56,520 bases of DNA from the NCBI RefSeq assembly GCF_004010195.1, contig NC_057719.1, positions 6,454,894-6,511,413 of the forward strand, in the 5' to 3' direction. Numbering within the stretch: position 1 is the stretch's first letter; every line of letters begins with the position of its first letter. The translations under genes and the position numbers were made by a program. This stretch comes from Chiloscyllium plagiosum. Lineage: Eukaryota. Positions 25,350 through 36,574 of the stretch are shown here, one piece after another. The notes below the pieces were generated by a model. It saw only the letters and a list, made by a program, of their open reading frames with translations. It was not told the DNA's origin and ran no database searches.

Positions 25350-25640
25350 GGCTGGCACGGTGGCTCAGTGGTTAGCACTGCTGCCTCACAGCACTAGGGA
25401 CCCAGGTTCAATACAACCCTCGGGCGACTGTCTGTGTGGAGTTTGCACATTCTCTCCATGTCTGCGTGGGTTTCCTCCTACCGTCCAAAGATGTGCAGGT
25501 CAGGGTGGATTGGCCATGGGAAATGCAGGGTTACAGGGATAGGATTGGGGGGGGGGGGGGATGCGTCTGGATGGGATGTTGTTTGGAGGGTTGGCGTGGA
25601 TTCGCTGGGTCGAGTGGCTTGCTTCCACATTGTCAGGATT
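25350..25640 (+). mobile_element. HE1 SINE
   Basis: GGCACGGTGGCTCAGTGGTTAGCACTGCTGCCTCACAGC head plus V-domain. Confidence 0.85.
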
Positions 25641-27374
25641 CTATTCTCCGAGGTTTAAGGTGGGAATGGGAGAGGTATTCCTTCAACATTTCCAAAGTGG
25701 ATGTTAAGGAGGTTATGGTTCTGGGTGAATAGTTTCACCCTGTATTATTGCTTGCCAACTGATTTGCAGGGTCTGCATGCTCCTAATTACTGGCCCCAGG
25801 ATTATTCCAAACAGCGGGCAAGGAGCAGGGGGTACATCAGGGGTACTCAATGACCCGGCTGGAAGTACCCAGGGGGAGGGGTGCTGAGCCAGGCTGGGTA
25901 CAGACCCGGCAAGGCCCCACAGTCTTGAGTATTTCTGAAAAAAAGATACATTATGTCAGAAGTTTTACGGGCACCAGGACATTTTGCAAGAATACCAATT
26001 CAAGTGGAAACCCCAACATTTGAAAAAGAGAACGTTTACTTATTTGGCAAGTTCTGTACTCCCTAATAATGACCAAGGACCCTCTGAGAGAGAAAAAAAA
26101 TCTTCTCCTCCCTGACTTAACAGTGACATCTCTTAACGTTAAACTGTGTCCCCAGCTCTAATCTGTCGTAGCAGGGGAAAGTGATCCCACAGCACTCATC
26201 CTTTCGAATCCCCCTCAAGGGAGACATGTTTTAATAAAATCACCTCTCTTTTTCAAAAATAGCGGTGAAAGGAGAAGATTATGGATATGGAGAAGGAACA
26301 AAGTGTGAGGGAGAGGACAATCAGGAAATTCTGAAGTGAGTGGAGGGTGAGTTGGAGGACATCTGTCAACCACAACACAGAGTCATTTAAAGGGAAACTG
26401 AACAATAACTGGGGAGTGGGAAAGATTTGATGGACTCTTATCAAAGATTCAACTCCAGCCAAACCACGCCTCAGTTAGAAAGAAAATAACTTTTTGGGTT
26501 GTATAATTAATGTTGAGTACAGACCTCCTAAGCGTTGTCATGACAACGGCACTTCAGGCAAGCTTCTGGACAGTGAAATGGGAACGTAATTAAAAGGAGG
26601 GAAAGACCTTCTGAATTATAAAAGTATACAGCTCTCTACAAGAAAAATTACATATTGGGAGTAATCACGCTGATTAAATAGCTAATTTAATTAGAAAGCA
26701 AAGAATAAAACACAAAAGAAACACCAGTTTAATCAGCACTCAATAATTTGGCATCCTCTTACAAAGGGGTGTGGATGATACAGTGGCTGCAGCCAACACA
26801 TCAGTGAGACTACGACCGTGCATCCAGAAAACCCAGTCAGAAATCAAACAATGGAAGGTTGACATTTACTCCTGCCTCATTTTATACTGAGGTCACGATA
26901 AAGAACAGTGTTCCATCCATCCCAAATGTTGTCAATTTTCAGTCGAAGGAGCTCTGTCAAGGGGGGACAGGCTGCAATGCCGACTGTGGGTGACAACCAA
27001 TTCTGACCCTCGTGGGGACTCAGTAAAATTCCCATTCTGAAACTCCAATTAATTGACGCCACCAGGAGTGAAATCAAAACCCAAGCAGGCCCAAAAAGGA
27101 TCTGGAGCGACTAATTGACAGCTATCTGAACCAAAGCAACTGAAGCAGAAAGCCCAGCCAGATTTGAAAGGAGCATCCATTCACTCGGGTCCCAGTGACA
27201 GCATCAAAAGCAGCTTTCAGCTAAGGCTTGTCAATAAGTGATCCAACCATCGGAAACAGAATAAGTAAGTTCGGCAGAGACCGAGAGAAAGGTTCAGGTT
27301 GTGCTATCAGGAGAAGTTGGGGGTCCACAGGATGTGGAGAAATGTTCTGCGGAGGACAGCTAGCTGGTCACTAG

Positions 27375-28800
27375 TGTAGCAACTGGGGTGAGGTCAGCCA
27401 GGTGGACCTCATGGAATATGAGTCACTGGATTGGGGCAGTTAACCTGGTCCAATCAGGGGGCCCTGGCTGACAGGTATAAACAGGAGTGTTACCCAGGAG
27501 CCTGTGCCCCACAACCTGAGCCGTCTCCGGAATTTTAGTTTTGTCCCTTTTAAGGATGTAAAAAAGGAGGGCCCTGTATCGACTGCTGCTCCACACCGTC
27601 CACCTCTTCTCCCTCATCCACCGTCCGGACACGCCTTGGCGTGCCCATTTGCCACCGGGCGGTGGGGATCCCCAGTGGAGGGCTCTCTACGCGGGAGTCC
27701 TCCCCCTTTCTCTCGGGGATCTGGGGTGGAGGGTGCCGCACGTAGCAGTCCCCTGCAACCGCAGATTGCGGTGGTTCACGGACTCCCAGCCCAACTGCTT
27801 GTTCTGTGGCACTGTGGAGTCCGTGGACCANNNNNNNNNNNNNNNNNNNNNNNNNNNNNNNNNNNNNNNNNNNNNNNNNNNNNNNNNNNNNNNNNNNNNN
27901 NNNNNNNNNNNNNNNNNNNNNNNNNNNNNNNNNNNNNNNNNNNNNNNNNNNNNNNNNNNNNNNNNNNNNNNNNNNNNNNNNNTTCACTGTTTTGGTCACA
28001 CAGCATTGCCCTTTGATGTGAAGGGCACTGCTTGTCACTGGCCACTCGGGTGTTTCCTTTCTTCCTGGTGGTGGAAACTGAATAAAGATTCGTGCACCTT
28101 GTGTCTCTCACTGTGTCCCACACCTGCAAACACACAACATGGGGGCTGGGGAAAAAATAAGCACTACCGCAGTTAGGCAAAGAAGTCCATGGGCCAGATG
28201 GTGCATCGGGGTGGGTCAAAGCCTGATGGTATGTAGGGGCAGACCGAGAGCCAGTAGGCGGGTAGCCATCCTCAACGCTGTCACCCCGGGCGGGTACCGG
28301 GGCGAGCTGTCCTAGAGATGGTCGAAAGATGTGACAGAGCAGACCGAGAACTGGAAAGGGCATGGGGTGGACTGAGAGCCGGAAGGTGGGTAGGGGCGGG
28401 CTGCCTTAGAGTGGCCGGAAGGTGGGAGGGGCAGGGGCTTGCTGGGTCTGTATTGTATGCACTGTTTGTTATGTAATTGGATTGTCATTTTACGTACAAA
28501 TGTCATTGTTACTGTTTGTAATGATCGAAACTGGGATTTGAGGCTTGTCCTCATCTCCCTGTAAACTGGTTGAACGTTAGGGTTTGGGGCCTGGCTTCGC
28601 CATTCCTCTCCCGTGTAAAATTGCTGTTTGTCTGTATACAGCTGTAAATGTTAATAATTAATAAATAAACAAACAAACAGGAGTGTCAGGGGTTCTGCTC
28701 ACTGTAGAAGCCGGCTCTGAGCTAGCTGGGTCAGCGTTATGTACCGTGCACACGTAAATAATATGGTTGATGGGATACCAGCCTTTGTGGCGTTATTTCA
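27375..28800 (+). mobile_element. ~230-bp LTR-like repeat (27375-27490 and 28687-28800) split by an insertion
   Basis: Starts TGTAGC and ends TTTCA; CCAAT at 27450-27454 and TATAAA at 27476-27481; homologous copy at ~36275-36440. Confidence 0.6.
27491..28674 (+). mobile_element. 5'-truncated Tx1-clade (L1 superfamily) LINE insertion
   Basis: RPDTPWRAHL...PQWRALYAGVLPLSLGDLGWRVPHVAVPCNRRL...CLFCGTVESVDH (C-terminal zinc-knuckle region); 12-bp direct repeat AAACAGGAGTGT at 27479-27490 and 28675-28686; gap at 27831-27982. Confidence 0.8.
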
Positions 28801-28829
28801 GCTATTAGCGATAGAGGGCTAATCTGGAA

Positions 28830-29070
28830 TCCAAGCAGAAAGTGATGGAGAAACTCAGCAAGGCCTGGCAGCATCTGAAGTGAAACAGAGTTAATGTTTT
28901 GAGTTTGGTCTGAATCTTGTTCAGAATATTCAGATTTAAACTTCAGTTCTGACGCAGAGTTCAAAACCTTAAATATATTTCTCTCTCCACTGATGCTGCC
29001 AGACCTGTGGAGTCTCTCCTGCCCTTTTCTGCTTTTATTTCAGATCTCCAGCATCTGCCGTACTTTGTTT
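28830..29070. mobile_element. Diverged palindromic Penelope-derived-type repeat
   Basis: Inverted arms CTGGCAGCATC.../GATGCTGCCAGACCTG. Similar copies at ~32890-33830 (split by CR1), 37900-38110 and 55825-55970. Confidence 0.55.
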
Positions 29071-29749
29071 TTATGATGCAGTTGGACAGGGCCTGGTCTG
29101 GTTAGGATCAAGACGTTTGGGAACAACAGGCAGAATGTCTACGTTTCTTTACAAAGCTGGAACAGACCAACGTTTCATGAGTAAGGGGATCAAGGGTCAT
29201 GGGTGAAAGGCAGGAGGGTGAAGTTGAGGATTATTGGATCAGCCATAATCTCATTGAATGGCAGAGCTGATGGGCTGAACGGCCTACTTCTATGTCTCAC
29301 CATCCTACAGTAAAATGTTGCTTAGTTGGTCAATTGGCCTTTGGATGTTCCTGAGGATTACAATGCTGTAGGCTCCTCAAGCAACTCACTAGGATGCGCA
29401 ACACCCAGTGTGGGATCCTACCAATGACTGATCCTGACCACACCTCTTCCCTCACCTCACCCACCATGCACAGGAAGGGAATTGCTAGGTAGTTGGAAAC
29501 TGTGCTGACTTTCCCCCATATCCACCATGCAGGGCACATTAAGTACAGGAGGAGGTCATTCAGCCCCTTGGACCACCTCTCCTAGAGAACTAGAAATTGG
29601 CTGATCCCAACTCCGTTTTCTCTGACTGAACTGGTGTCTGTCATTCTCAGTCTGCAGCATTCCAAATGAGTCAGTATCTCCAGGCATCAGGGGAAGAGGA
29701 TGCCGTCTCAGTGTGAAAAGCTGGAAGCAGCTGTCCATCTATTACAGCT

Positions 29750-29845
29750 GAGAGTGTGTGGTGCTGGAAAAGCACAGCAGGTCATGCAGCCACGGAGAAG
29801 CAGGAGAATCGACGTTTCAGGTAAGAGCCCTTCATCAGGATCCAT
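29750..29845 (-). mobile_element. Single arm of the hammerhead-bearing Penelope-derived family
   Basis: Minus strand reads CCTGATGAAGGGCTCTTACCTGAAACGTCGATTC (core 29811-29838). Confidence 0.65.
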
Positions 29846-30189
29846 CACAGCTGCTGTTTCCAGTAGCCAACTACAACACTTTAAATTTATGTACCAACCT
29901 CAATGGAAAATTATCAGAGTGTTTAAGAAATGTGATAACTTTGACACTGAGTCACATAAGGAGATTGTAGGACTCACCACCAAAACCTTAAGAAGGAGGA
30001 AAGGGAGATAGAGAGCCCAAGAGGGGTATGGAGGAGATCCCAGAACGTGGGATCCTGGCAACTGAAGGGCACAGCCACTGACAGTTTCTAATCCCAATTG
30101 GAAAAGCTCGAGTTGCCAAAATTAGACAAGCATAGATATCTCAAAGTTTGTATGATTCAATCACCCAGACCAGGGGGACTACACTCCAG

Positions 30190-31725
30190 GGTTCTGAGGA
30201 AATAGCTGAACAAATTGTAGAGGCATTGATGGTGATCTTTCAGGCATCATTGGATTCAGGGTGGGTCCCAGAGGACTGGAAAATGGCTAATGTAACAGCC
30301 CTGATTAAGAAGGGAGGGAAGCAGAAGACAGGAGTACGGGCCAGTTAGCCTGGTGTTGATCATTGGTAAGACTTTAGAGCCCATTACTAAAGATGAGGTT
30401 GTGGAGGACTTGGAAGCACATGGTGAAATAGAGTTGACTCAGCATGGCTTCACCGAGGGAAGGTAATGCCTGATAAATCTGTTAGAATTATTTGAGAAGC
30501 TAACGAGCATGTTAAACAAAGCAGAGCCAGTGAATGTGATCTATTTGGATTTCCAGAAGGCCTTTGACAAGATGCTGCACAGGAGGCTGCTAAAAAAGAT
30601 AAGGCCCCATGGTGTTAGGAGCAAGGTACTGGCATGGATAGAGGATTGGCTGACTGGCAGAAGGCAGGGGGTGGGGATAAAGGAGTGTTTTTTTTCAGGA
30701 TGGCATCCAGGAACTAGTGGAGTTCCGCAGGGATAGGTGTTGGGTTTACAACAATTCACTTATTCATTAACAATCTTGATGAAGGAACTGAAGGCATTGT
30801 TGCTAAGTTTGCAGTCGATACAAAGATAGTTGGACGGTCAGGTACCGTTGAGGAAGCAGGCAGACCACAGAAGGACTTGGACAGGCTGGGAGAGTGAGTA
30901 TAGAAATGACCGATGGAATACAATGTGGGAAAGTGGGAGGTTGTACACCTTAATAGGAAGAATAGAGGCATAAACTAATTTCCAAACAGGAAAAGGCTTC
31001 AGAAATCTGAAGCGCAAAGGAACTTGTGAGTCTGAGCTCAGGATATTCTTCAGGTTAACATGCAGGTTCAGTTTGGTAGTTAGGAAGGTAAATGCAATGT
31101 TAGCATTCATTAAAGAGGGCGAGAACATAAACACAGGGATGAGCTGCTGGGACTGGACAAAGCTCTGGTGAGACTGAATTTGGAATACTGTGAGCAACTT
31201 TGGGCCCCGTATCTAAGGAAAGATGTGCTGCCATTGTAAAAGGTCCGGAGGAAGTTTATCAGAATGATCCCAGGGATGAAGGGTTTGTCACATGAGGAGT
31301 AGCTGAGGACTCTGGGTCCATACTCAATTGAGTTTAGAAGGATGGGGGAGGGAGGCGTCTGATTGAAATACCAAGCGGCTTGGATAGAGTGGACATGGAG
31401 AAGATATTTCCACCAATAGGACAGATTAGGGCCCAAGAGCACAGCCTCAGAGTGAAGGGCTGACCCTTTAGAACAGAGATGAGGAGGAACATCTTCAGCT
31501 AGAGGGTGATGAGTCCGTGGAACTCATTGCCACAGAGGGCTGTGGGGGCCAAGGCATTGAGTGTAATTAAGACAGAGTTAGGTAGGTTCTTGACTGGTTA
31601 GGGGATCATGGATTATGTAGAGAAGGCAGGGGAAATGGTGATGACAAACGTATCAGTCACCATTGAATGGCGAAGCAGACTCGATGGGCTGAATGGCCTG
31701 ATTCTGCTCCTATATCTTATGGTTT
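30190..31725 (+). mobile_element. CR1 LINE RT to 3' end (decayed)
   Basis: VPEDWKMANVTALIKKG, VIYLDFQKAFDK, SGVPQG, 3' tail TCTTATG. Confidence 0.88.
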
Positions 31726-32172
31726 TATGGTGTCGAAGGAGGAGGTCACAGGGATAGGGAGGAGTCCATGAAAGTCACTCCCTGGGCTTAAACTTGACAA
31801 AATGCCAATCCTAGGAACATTTTGCATTCCGTCTGTTTTATCCTGAGCGGTATCAGACCAACTCAAAGCCAGCTTGTGTTTAACTGGACTGTCTTTTCTA
31901 AGCACTGAAGGTAAGGCATTGGAGAAAGCAATGATGTCGATGTTACACCTAACCGTGTTGAAATTAACAAGGCTTCTATCGTTGTCTTTAAGGCTTCGGA
32001 GATTACCCAGCAGTTTGGAACCATAATACATCCAAAACCAGCAACACAGGGAAGGTAGAAAATTTAATACATAAAAGCCACCCAGGGTTACTCCTTTGAA
32101 GCTTTAAAGTGGCTATGTTCGAATGATACGCTGATGGCGTGAGGTCAATTAAGATGGGACGATGTTCATGTG

Positions 32173-32718
32173 AGTGTACAAAGTCGAAAATCACACGACA
32201 TTGGGTTACACCCCAACAAATTTATTTGAAACCGCAACCATTCGGAGCACTGCTCCTAGGCAGCTAGTGAGAGAGAATACATCGGACCCAGAATTTATAG
32301 TAAAAGATCAAAGGGTCATACAACTGATGCAAGTGCATTTAACAGACCTAGATGGCTGTTAAATCTTTAATCATTTAGAACATTGAGGCTTGTTCAATAT
32401 ATTTGTATTGGGGGTACAATTTGTATTGGGGTAAATGTAGGGGAATGGGTCTGGGTGGGTTGCCCTTCGGAGGGTGGGTGTGGACTTGTTGGGCCGAAGG
32501 GCCTGTTTCCATACTGTAAGTAATCTAAACTAATCTAATCATATTTATATAAATTGTATGACACTTTGATCTTCTACTATAAATTCTGTGTTTGATGGAT
32601 CCTCTCTCACTAGCTGCCTGAAGAAGGAACAGTGCTCTGAAAGCTTGTGATTTCAAATAACTGGGATCATAACCCGGTGTTGTGTGATTTTTGACTTTGT
32701 TCACCCCACCACGTCATA
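32173..32718. mobile_element. Palindromic Penelope-pLTR-derived element with an HE1 3' fragment at its centre (~32430-32540)
   Basis: Arms homologous to 14722-15350; hammerhead-like core at 32618-32646. Confidence 0.7.
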
Positions 32719-32733
32719 TGGAGTGTAAACAGT

Positions 32734-32774
<41 letters not shown>
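32734..32774 (+). repeat. Poly-G run (41 nt)
   Basis: Directly visible. Confidence 0.9.
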
Positions 32775-32775
<1 letters not shown>

Positions 32776-32959
32776 AAGAAGAGCTGTAAATTCTGTTCTG
32801 TAACTTCCACGTTACAACGTCACCATCAGTGTTTCTATTCCCGGCCTGTATGTGAAAGTATATCCTTCTGGTGCAAGCAACTAACGCAGGATTAGAAACA
32901 GAAACAGAAGTTGCTGCAAAAGCTCAGCAGGTCTGGCAGCAACACTGGAGAGAAAGCAT

Positions 32960-33703
32960 AAGACCATAAGACATAGGAATGGAAGTAAGGCCATTTGGCC
33001 CATCGAGTCAACTCCACCATTCAATCATGGCTAATGGGCACTTCAACTCCACTTACCCGCACTCTCCCCGTAGCCCTTAATTCCTTGCGAGATCAAGAAT
33101 TTATCAATCTCTGCCTTGAAGACATTTAACGTCCCGGCCTCCACTGCACTTTGTGGCAATGAATTCCACAGGCCCACCACTCTCTGGCTGAGGAAATGTC
33201 TCCTCATTTCCATTCTAAATTGATCCCCTCTAATTCTAACACTGTGTCCACTGGTCGTAGTCTCCCCGACTAAAGGCAACAAATTCCCAGTGTCCACCCT
33301 TTCTAAGCCATGCATTATCTTGTAAGTTTCTATTAGATCTCCCCTCAACCTTCTAAACTCTAATGAATACAATCCCAGGATCCTCAGCCGTTCATCATAT
33401 GTTAGGCCTAACATTCCAGCATTCATCCGTGTGAATCTCTGCTGGACACGCCCCAGTGCCAGTATGTCCTTCCTGAGGTGTGGGGCCCAAAATTGGATAC
33501 AATATTCTAAATGAGGCCTACCTAGAGCTTTATAAAGTCTCAGTAGCACATCGCTGCTTTTATATTCCAACCCTCTTGAGATAAATGACAACATTACACT
33601 CACTTTCTTAACCACGGACTCAACCTGCAAGTTAACCTTTAGAGAATCCTGGACTAGCACTCCCAGATCCCTTTGTACTTCGGCTTTATGAATTTTCTCA
33701 CCG
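32960..33703 (-). mobile_element. Young CR1 3' fragment
   Basis: Open 205-aa frame at 33043-33660 (LYKALGRPHLEYCIQFWAP...GYGESAGKWS). Confidence 0.92.
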
Positions 33704-33904
33704 GTGAGCTTTCAGGTGACCTGAAACATTAACTCTGATTTCTCTCCACAGGTGCTGCCAAACCTGTTCAACGTTCCCAGCAATTTCTCTTTCTGACTTC
33801 CAGCAAACGGACTGCTTTCAGTTTTTAACCCATGGGATTAGGACAAATGTCGCCTTGAGGTGGAGGGACAACAGGAAGCATGACTGCATCTTACGTTCAC
33901 CACG

Positions 33905-34330
33905 GTTGGAGGGTTTGAGCTACAGGGAGATGTTGAACAGGCTAGGGCTGTTTTCCCTAGAGGCTGAGGGGAGACCTTAAAGAGGTTTATAAAATCATGA
34001 GGGGCATGGATAGGGCAAGGTCTTTTCCCTGGGGTGAGGGAGTCCAGGACATAGGTTTAGGGTGAGAGGGGAAAGATATAAAAGAGACCTAAGGGGCAAC
34101 TTTTTCACTCAGAGGGTGGTACATATATGGAATGAGCTGCCAGAGGAAGTGGTGGGGACTAGGACAGTTACAACATTTAAAAGGCATGTGGATGGTTATA
34201 TGAATAGGAAGGGTTTGGAGGGATATGAGCCAGCTGCTGGCAAATGAGACGAGATTAGGTTAGGATATCTGGTCGGCATGGACGGGTTGGACCGAAGGGT
34301 CCGTTACCATGTTGTACATCTCTATGACTG
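33905..34330 (+). mobile_element. CR1 3' fragment
   Basis: RGERYKRDLRGNFFTQRVVHIWNELP, plus tail. Confidence 0.85.
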
Positions 34331-34514
34331 TTTACGAGCATGTACAGGAGCCAGGAGTAGGCCATTCAGCCTGTTGAGACTATGCTGATCTGATCTCTCC
34401 AGATCGCCTTTCGCATCCCCCCCCCCGGCCTTTGCGCCTTGATCAGCTGACAATCTGAACTCAGCTGACTCTCCTGCTTTACCAACATCTTCCTCTTGCT
34501 CCCATGTCATCACT

Positions 34515-34740
34515 CACAGCTCAGTGGGCAGCTGTCTCACCTCTGAGCCGGAGATTTCCACCAGAGATTTCAGTGTATGACCCATAAACAGTGCAGTACC
34601 GAGCGTGTGCTACAGGAGTGCCACTCTGTCTGAGGTAATCCCCTTCAGATGAGACGTTGAAACGTGGTTGACCATGAAGATCCTGGAGGCACTATTTGAA
34701 GAAGGATCATCAAAATGTGCCCAATGTCCTAGCTAGTATC
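34515..34740 (+). mobile_element. Old Deu-domain-type (SacSINE1-like) SINE remnant
   Basis: CAGTGCAGTACCGAG...TTCAGATGAGACGTTGAAAC...GCACTATTTGAAGAAG; related remnants at ~8100-8400 (+) and ~3050-3230 (-). Confidence 0.45.
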
Positions 34741-34834
34741 TTCAGCCAATCTGGGCTGGACAGAGTAGACAGGGAGAATCTGCTCTCCATTTGTAAATGA
34801 GAAAAGAACAAGAGGGTAAAGATCTAAAGAGAGG

Positions 34835-35112
34835 GTATAGGTTTAGGGTGGGAGAGGAAACATTTAAGAAGGGCCTGAGGAATAACCTTTTCACACAGTG
34901 GGTGGTACGTGTATGTAATGAGCTGCCAGAGGAAGTGGTGGAGGCTGGTACAATTGCAACATTTAAAATGCATCTGGATGGGTATATGGATAGGAAGGGT
35001 TTGGAGGGATATGGGCCGGGTGGGACTAGATCAGACTGGGACATCTGGTCAGTGCAGACCAGTTGGACCGAAGGGTGTTTCCGTGCTATATGACTCAATC
35101 TCTATGATTCTA
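34835..35112 (+). mobile_element. CR1 3' fragment
   Basis: NELPEEVVEAGTIATFK, plus tail. Confidence 0.85.
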
Positions 35113-35850
35113 TGGTCATTAACACATTGCTACTTGAGGGAGCTTGTTCTGTGAAATTAGCAGCTGCATTTCCTCCATTACAACAATGACAACAAATCAA
35201 ATTTACTTTATTGACTTTAAAGCACTTTGGAATGTCATCAGGTGGTAAAAATAGCTATCTGAACATAAGTAGGCTGACGGATGATTTTATCAACATATTC
35301 AAGACATTTACACTGTTTTTTTTAATTACTCGTGAGTTTGAGGAGCTGATAGGACCTTCTTGCTTTTTTCATGGCAATGATTTAGCCAATCACAGTCAAC
35401 TTAGCAACAAACCAGCATTCTTTTCTCCGGTATAGAAATTGTTGTGATTGTTTAAAATTTGGCACTCTTGCATTTATCCTGATGTCTGCAACGTGGAAAT
35501 CTTGGGTACTGTTTCCCTCTTTTTAGCAATATTCGACTTCTGTACTACCAAGTGATGATTCAAGGTACTAAAAAGGTACAGATAGGGTAGAGAGAAACTG
35601 CTTTTGCTGCTTTGCAATCTGGAATTTGGGAAAACTAGAAGCAGACATTTCAGGAGTGAAGTTAGAAAACAATTCTTCATACAATGGACAATTGGTGGCA
35701 CTTCAATCAGTTATGTTAAAACTGAGATTGATAGAATGTTGAAATATCAACAGAAAATATTCAATGTAGGTCATTGACTGTGAGATCCTTAATTGGGGTT
35801 GTTAATCTGGGCCAATCAGGAAGCCCTAGCTGACCAATATAAACAGAGGA

Positions 35851-36210
35851 TTGATCACATAGCACTGCCCTTTGATGTGAAGGGCAGTGCTTGTCACTGG
35901 CCACCCGGGTGTTTTCCTAAAAAAAAGAAAAAAAAAAAAAATAAACAGAGGATTGATCACATACCACTGCCCTTTGATGTGAAGGGCAGTGTTTGTCACT
36001 GGCCACCCGGGTGTTTTCCTATCTTCCTGGTGGTGGAAATTGAATAAAGATTCGTGCACTTTGTCTTCCACTGTGTCTGCACACACACCATGGGTGCTGG
36101 GGATAAAATAAGCACTACCGCACTTAGGAAAAAAAAAGAAAAAAAATATATAAACAGAGGATGCCAAACTGGCCATCAACAGGTCGAGGCAGCGGGCCGT
36201 GGAGGGGGAG
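35851..36210 (+). mobile_element. Stacked 3'-end fragments of the same Tx1-clade LINE
   Basis: Two copies of the 3' UTR also seen at ~27990-28177, each with an A-rich tail and separated by ATAAACAGAGGA; then AKLAINRSRQRAVEG at 36163-36207. Confidence 0.75.
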
Positions 36211-36574
36211 TTATGTTAAAACTGAGATTGATAGAATGTTGAAATATCAACAGAAAATATTCAATGTAGGTCATTGACTATGAGATCCTTGATTGGGGTT
36301 GTTAATCTGGGCCAATCAGGAAGCCCTAGCTGACCAATATAAACAGGGGATACAGAGTCTCTTGACTGATTCCTAGCTGGTTGGTTATAGCCAGTGTACT
36401 GTGCACATGTAATGAAAGGGTGTCTTAATGATGGGATACTTGGAAGAAAACGAGGACTGCAGATATTGGAGGTCAGAGTCCAACACCAACTGCCTATGAG
36501 CAGTTAGTTTAGATATGCCTCTTCTTCAGAGAAAAGAACTAGTGATGAAGAAAAGTCACATCAATTCGAATTCA

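Noticed and set aside
32734..32774. 41-nt poly-G as a functional G-quadruplex
   Set aside because: Homopolymer length is unreliable in assemblies, and nothing here indicates function.
35211..35435. Twin 74-aa ORFs (also 46268-46492) as a duplicated small gene
   Set aside because: Non-ATG start and no coding signature; they merely reflect the inverted duplication.
35839..36161. CRISPR-like repeat-spacer appearance
   Set aside because: Eukaryotic context, only 12-13-bp repeats, and the spacers are homologous LINE 3' ends with A-tails; no cas genes.
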